A stretch of DNA of 10,400 bases from a virus (taxonomy: Duplodnaviria; Heunggongvirae; Uroviricota; Caudoviricetes). The position numbers and the translations under genes were made by a program. Below are positions 7,491 to 10,400 of this stretch, piece after piece. The stretch lies in the IMG/VR virus record IMGVR_UViG_2529292985_000016, positions 1-10,400 of that record. One strand, 5' to 3'. Numbering within the stretch: position 1 is the first letter of the stretch; each line of letters opens with the position of its first letter. The notes beneath the pieces are model-generated. The model was not told the origin of the DNA. It did no database searches and saw only the letters and a program-made list of their open reading frames with translations.

Positions 7491-9508
7491 CCTGTTACCC
7501 CGCTGGAATAAACCGACACAAGCGCCGAATTCGTGATACGCCGACGTGCGTCATCGGTAATACCCTTCACATTGTCCGACGTTGTGGTGACATTCAGTGT
7601 CCCGATATGCGTGGTTTCCGTTACGGTGGACTGCGATACAGGCGCAGGATGGAGCGACCGTATGGCCATTGCCGCACCCGGATAAGGCAGGTTCGCCAGC
7701 ACCCGCGGAATATAGTTGCGGGTCTCCTCCGGAGCAGCAGCCAGTCCCTTACGCTGAACATTTCCCTCTCCACAGTTATATGCCGCCAGAGCCTTAGCCA
7801 GATCGCCATGAAAAAAACGTATCAGGCCACCAAGTTTTCTCGCGGCGGCATCAGCGGCTTTTTCGGGATCAAAGGCATCGTTCCCCCTCAGACCAAATTC
7901 ACTGGCCGTCTTCGGCATGAACTGAAACAGTCCCATCGCACCAGCAGGTGAGACGGCAAACTGATTACCACGGGATTCGGTGATCGCAACGCTGCGCAGC
8001 AGTCCGGGCGGCAGGTTATATTTTTCCTCCAGTTGAGACAGTTTCGGTTGCAGCCAGCCTAACAGGGCTTCCCCGGTCTTCGTCGGTCGCTGGCGGTTTT
8101 GCATGGCATTACCGAGTTTTTCCTGCGTCGCACGCATACCCTGTAGCCAGGATTCACCGAAGGCTGCTTCCCTCCCGGTTGCCTGAGAAGCCTGAGTATC
8201 CAGCATGCCCTGCTGCCATACTGTGGGTGATTGTGCCCGGGTGATGTTGCCAGGCTTTTCTCCGGCATCCAGTTTTGTCTGATACGTCTCCATCTCTTTC
8301 TTATTGAAAAAGAAAGTCCCGTCTGAAGCCCAGAAAAAACCATGTGAATCCAGCCAGTCCTTATTTTCCCTGCCAACAATGGATGTCAGTAATCCGTCAA
8401 CAACCGGGTAAAGCGCCGTTATCGCAAAAAGAAGGCCTCCGGGGCCACTGAGGGCTTTTGTCAGCCCCCGCACCCATGACGCCACTTTCAGCCCGATCAG
8501 CGTAATAATGACATTCTGCCAGCCCCCCAGTTCTCCGGCAGCCTTATTCGCTAGGGAGGCCACTGACTCAACGTCATTCAGAAATGTGGTGATAAACCTG
8601 TTCACTTCCTCCGGATGTTGCTGCATCCAGTCACCGAGTGTCTCCAGCCAGTGGCTGAGCTTCAGCGCGTACGGCATCAACGCGGTGCTAATCGTCATCC
8701 CGATGCCGGACCAGGTCTGATCGAGCTCAACAAGCTCTTTTCGTAGCTTACGGGCCAGCGCTGTACGCCCCGGCGTAACCTGCGAACGGGAAGTAAATTC
8801 GTCCACATCTTTCAGCGCATGACCGGAGCCAAGAAACTGCTGTCCGGCATAACTGAAGCCCAGCGCGTTGCCGTAGGCAGTTTGTTCGGACTTTGTCAGT
8901 CGCGGAAAAATAACCGCCAGCTTGCGCATGATGGCTTCAGTGCTGTCAGTATTTAAATCAACACTAATGCCCGCCCTGGCTGCAACCTGAAACAAATCCT
9001 GTAACACAGGATCAAAGGACCTTCCGGCTCTGAAGGCCGCTTTTGCATTTGCAAGCCGGGAAAATGCCCCAGACATTTCCCCTTCATCAACATTATTTGC
9101 CCGCGCAGCCCGTAACCATCCGTCCAGATTTCTGGCCTTCATGCCAAAAGCATCGGATTCCACGGACAGACGGTTCAGATCACGGGCAAAACCTGTTACC
9201 AGGTTCTTCAGCCCCCCCAGCGTCAGACTGACACCCGCAAGAGCCAGAATCTCGCTACGGATTCCTGAAAAAAAACGGGACGCCCGTTTCCCGGCATCTT
9301 CCATTCGACGGGCCGTTTTATCAGCATCTTTTCCGGTTTTTTCCAGTGATTCACTGGTTTTCTTCTGTCCCTGACTGAATGTGTCAGCGACACCTTCCAT
9401 CACCGTCGTGAGCCGGTTAAGGGCAGCATGTACTGCCTGTTCCCCGGCAGTAAAGTCCCTGTCATCAATCCCGAGGGACAGAACAAGCTCATCAAGTACC
9501 TGCGCCAT
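7487..9508 (-). CDS. Tail tape measure protein (673 aa) with a C-terminal soluble lytic transglycosylase-like domain
   Basis: ATG at 9508 preceded by AGGAG (9520..9516) with a 7-nt spacer. It lies immediately downstream of the chaperone frameshift pair. It has an alanine/charged-rich N-terminal half, a hydrophobic central segment (NVIITLIGLKVASWVRGLTKALSGPGGLLFAITALYPVV), and the SLT motifs …AITESRGNQFAVSPAGAMGLFQFMP…AYNCGEGNV at residues ~505-585. Confidence 0.8.
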   Translation of the reverse strand: MAQVLDELVLSLGIDDRDFTAGEQAVHAALNRLTTVMEGVADTFSQGQKKTSESLEKTGKDADKTARRMEDAGKRASRFFSGIRSEILALAGVSLTLGGLKNLVTGFARDLNRLSVESDAFGMKARNLDGWLRAARANNVDEGEMSGAFSRLANAKAAFRAGRSFDPVLQDLFQVAARAGISVDLNTDSTEAIMRKLAVIFPRLTKSEQTAYGNALGFSYAGQQFLGSGHALKDVDEFTSRSQVTPGRTALARKLRKELVELDQTWSGIGMTISTALMPYALKLSHWLETLGDWMQQHPEEVNRFITTFLNDVESVASLANKAAGELGGWQNVIITLIGLKVASWVRGLTKALSGPGGLLFAITALYPVVDGLLTSIVGRENKDWLDSHGFFWASDGTFFFNKKEMETYQTKLDAGEKPGNITRAQSPTVWQQGMLDTQASQATGREAAFGESWLQGMRATQEKLGNAMQNRQRPTKTGEALLGWLQPKLSQLEEKYNLPPGLLRSVAITESRGNQFAVSPAGAMGLFQFMPKTASEFGLRGNDAFDPEKAADAAARKLGGLIRFFHGDLAKALAAYNCGEGNVQRKGLAAAPEETRNYIPRVLANLPYPGAAMAIRSLHPAPVSQSTVTETTHIGTLNVTTTSDNVKGITDDARRRITNSALVSVYSSGVTG

Positions 9509-10120
9509 TTCTGTTCTCCTGTATCACCTGTTCGTTATGGGCATCCACATGAATTATTTCCAGCAGATCCCATAAGTCCTGCACACCAAGGACAGAATCC
9601 AGTTCAGCTTTTGAAGCCTTACCGGAGGAGATAACGGTCGCAATGGTACGGGGAACATTAACGTAATCCACCACCCCGAACGGTCTGTCGGGGTCGAGAT
9701 AACGCGGGGGGATATCTAGCTGACGACGGTAGCGAAAAAATCCACATGCAGCTTAAAGACCTCCGCACGCAGATTAAGACGGGTAATGATTTCTTCAATA
9801 TCCTCTTCAACAAGCGGTCTCCGGATGCTGCGTTTTTTCGGATCGGGAACAAACTGCACACAGTCCATCATTTCATCCATCAACGGACGCGCCTCATCAG
9901 GCGGAATTTTCGATAATGCTTTCAGCCCTTCAAGGGCAAGCGCAGCCATCCCCAGACTACGAACATCATCCGGTAACTCCACGCCACCACGCCCCATTGC
10001 CATAATGGCACGCATCGCCCACCATTCCGCCTGTGAGGCAGACATTTCGGTAAGATGAAATACCTTGCCCTTATCCCGTCCCTGACCTTCAATAGTGATA
10101 AATTTCTCTTTACGGGCCAT
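9492..10120 (-). CDS. Predicted -1 frameshift fusion product of the tail assembly chaperone (gpGT / gpE+E' analogue, ~208 aa)
   Basis: The -1 frame is open from 9752 to a TGA at 9494..9492, overlapping the tape measure start by 17 nt. Shifting at T_TTT_TTC (9740..9734) continues …VDFF into RYRRQLDIPPRYLDPDRPFGVVDYVNVPRTIATVISSGKASKAELDSVLGVQDLWDLLEIIHVDAHNEQVIQENRNGAGT. The extension has no start codon with a Shine-Dalgarno motif of its own. Confidence 0.55.
9516..9520 (-). promoter_or_regulatory. Shine-Dalgarno motif (AGGAG) for the tape measure gene
   Basis: Minus-strand GATACAGGAGAACAGAA ATG gives a 7-nt spacer to the ATG at 9508. Confidence 0.6.
9716..10120 (-). CDS. Tail assembly chaperone (134 aa; analogue of lambda gpG / P2 gpE)
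   Basis: ATG at 10120 preceded by GGAGG (10135..10131). It lies directly upstream of the tape measure gene and ends with a slippery heptamer followed by an overlapping -1 frame ORF that runs to the tape measure start. Confidence 0.7.
   Translation of the reverse strand: MARKEKFITIEGQGRDKGKVFHLTEMSASQAEWWAMRAIMAMGRGGVELPDDVRSLGMAALALEGLKALSKIPPDEARPLMDEMMDCVQFVPDPKKRSIRRPLVEEDIEEIITRLNLRAEVFKLHVDFFATVVS
9734..9740 (-). other. Candidate -1 programmed ribosomal frameshift slippery heptamer T_TTT_TTC in the chaperone gene
   Basis: Minus-strand GAT TTT TTC GCT: the heptamer is in X_XXY_YYZ register with the chaperone frame, 6 codons before its stop, and the -1 frame is open downstream to the tape measure start. 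Confidence 0.55.
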
Positions 10121-10400
10121 CAGTTAAAAACCTCCGGAGTAATGGTTTCCCACTCAATAACCGCCTGCCCTGGCTGCAACGTACGAGCTGCATCAGGCAG
10201 CGCTTTCCATTGTTTGAGTACGCCATTCACGCAGGTATATTTACGGCCAATCGCCGGAAGCAGGACGACAGCGTTACAACGGAATACAGCCCGACTGGCC
10301 CGGATGTGGTTGACCAGGTATCAAAAATATCCCGGCTGGGGGAATCCGGCATGATATGAAACGTCTGGATAATGTTGCTGTACACAAATCCCGCGGACAG
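10120..10400 (-). CDS. 3' end of an upstream tail gene (tail-tube position), partial at the window edge; reading frame unresolved
   Basis: One minus-strand frame is open from the window edge down to a TGA at 10229..10227 (…MPDSPSRDIFDTWSTTSGPVGLYSVVTLSSCFRRLAVNIPA*). Another is open from 10320 to a TGA at 10122..10120 that overlaps the chaperone ATG as TGATG (…TLQPGQAVIEWETITPEVFN*) but has no credible start codon. Either the gene ends at 10227 with a 107-bp spacer, or it is frameshifted near 10320. Confidence 0.35.

Noticed and set aside
7607-7951. 114-aa plus-strand ORF (and neighbours 7597..7797, 7621..7809) inside the tape measure gene
   Set aside because: Overlaps the SLT-domain coding region of the tape measure gene on the opposite strand. 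Arg-rich antisense translation.
10124-10138. Palindrome CTCCGGAG followed by a T5 run on the minus strand, considered as a terminator
   Set aside because: Stem too short with no loop. The sequence is better explained as the GGAGG Shine-Dalgarno motif of the chaperone gene.
10055-10354. 99-aa plus-strand ORF across the chaperone start and the upstream intergenic region
   Set aside because: Overlaps the chaperone CDS by 66 nt on the opposite strand and would oppose the operon direction. Likely spurious.
1-10400. CRISPR array, tRNA or rRNA genes, or a standalone defence system
   Set aside because: No spaced direct repeats, no tRNA-like structures noticed, and no non-structural gene cassette. 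All minus-strand genes are contiguous and coupled within the tail operon.

Overview
Almost the whole window is one minus-strand phage or prophage contractile-tail and baseplate operon, read from high to low coordinates. I see no CRISPR array, tRNA, rRNA or recognisable defence system, and no evidence for a wholly novel system. The most interesting content is the decay of the tail module and three unassigned baseplate-region proteins.

Gene order on the minus strand:
- C-terminal end of an upstream gene in the tail-tube position (10120-10400, frame unresolved)
- tail assembly chaperone (9716-10120) with a -1 frameshift extension down to 9492
- tape measure protein with a lytic transglycosylase domain (7487-9508)
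- three unassigned tail/baseplate proteins of 236, 100 and 289 aa (5612-7490)
- gpV-like baseplate spike (5041-5631)
- small baseplate protein (4672-5028)
- baseplate J-like gene, split across two reading frames (3438-4675)
- gene in the P2 gpI / Mu gp48 position, cut in two by IS2 (3152-3436 and 1495-1820)
- tail fibre with a P2 gpH-family C-terminus (123-1508)
- start of a tail fibre assembly gene (1-120)

Genes are tightly packed; several junctions are ATGA/TGATG stop-start overlaps and several starts have strong Shine-Dalgarno motifs. The only plus-strand genes are insC and insD inside a complete 1331-bp IS2 (1821-3151), flanked by a perfect 5-bp CTGAT target duplication. The remaining six-frame ORFs are shadow ORFs. 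IS2 suggests an E. coli or Shigella-type host. All homology statements are from reading the translations, not from a database search.
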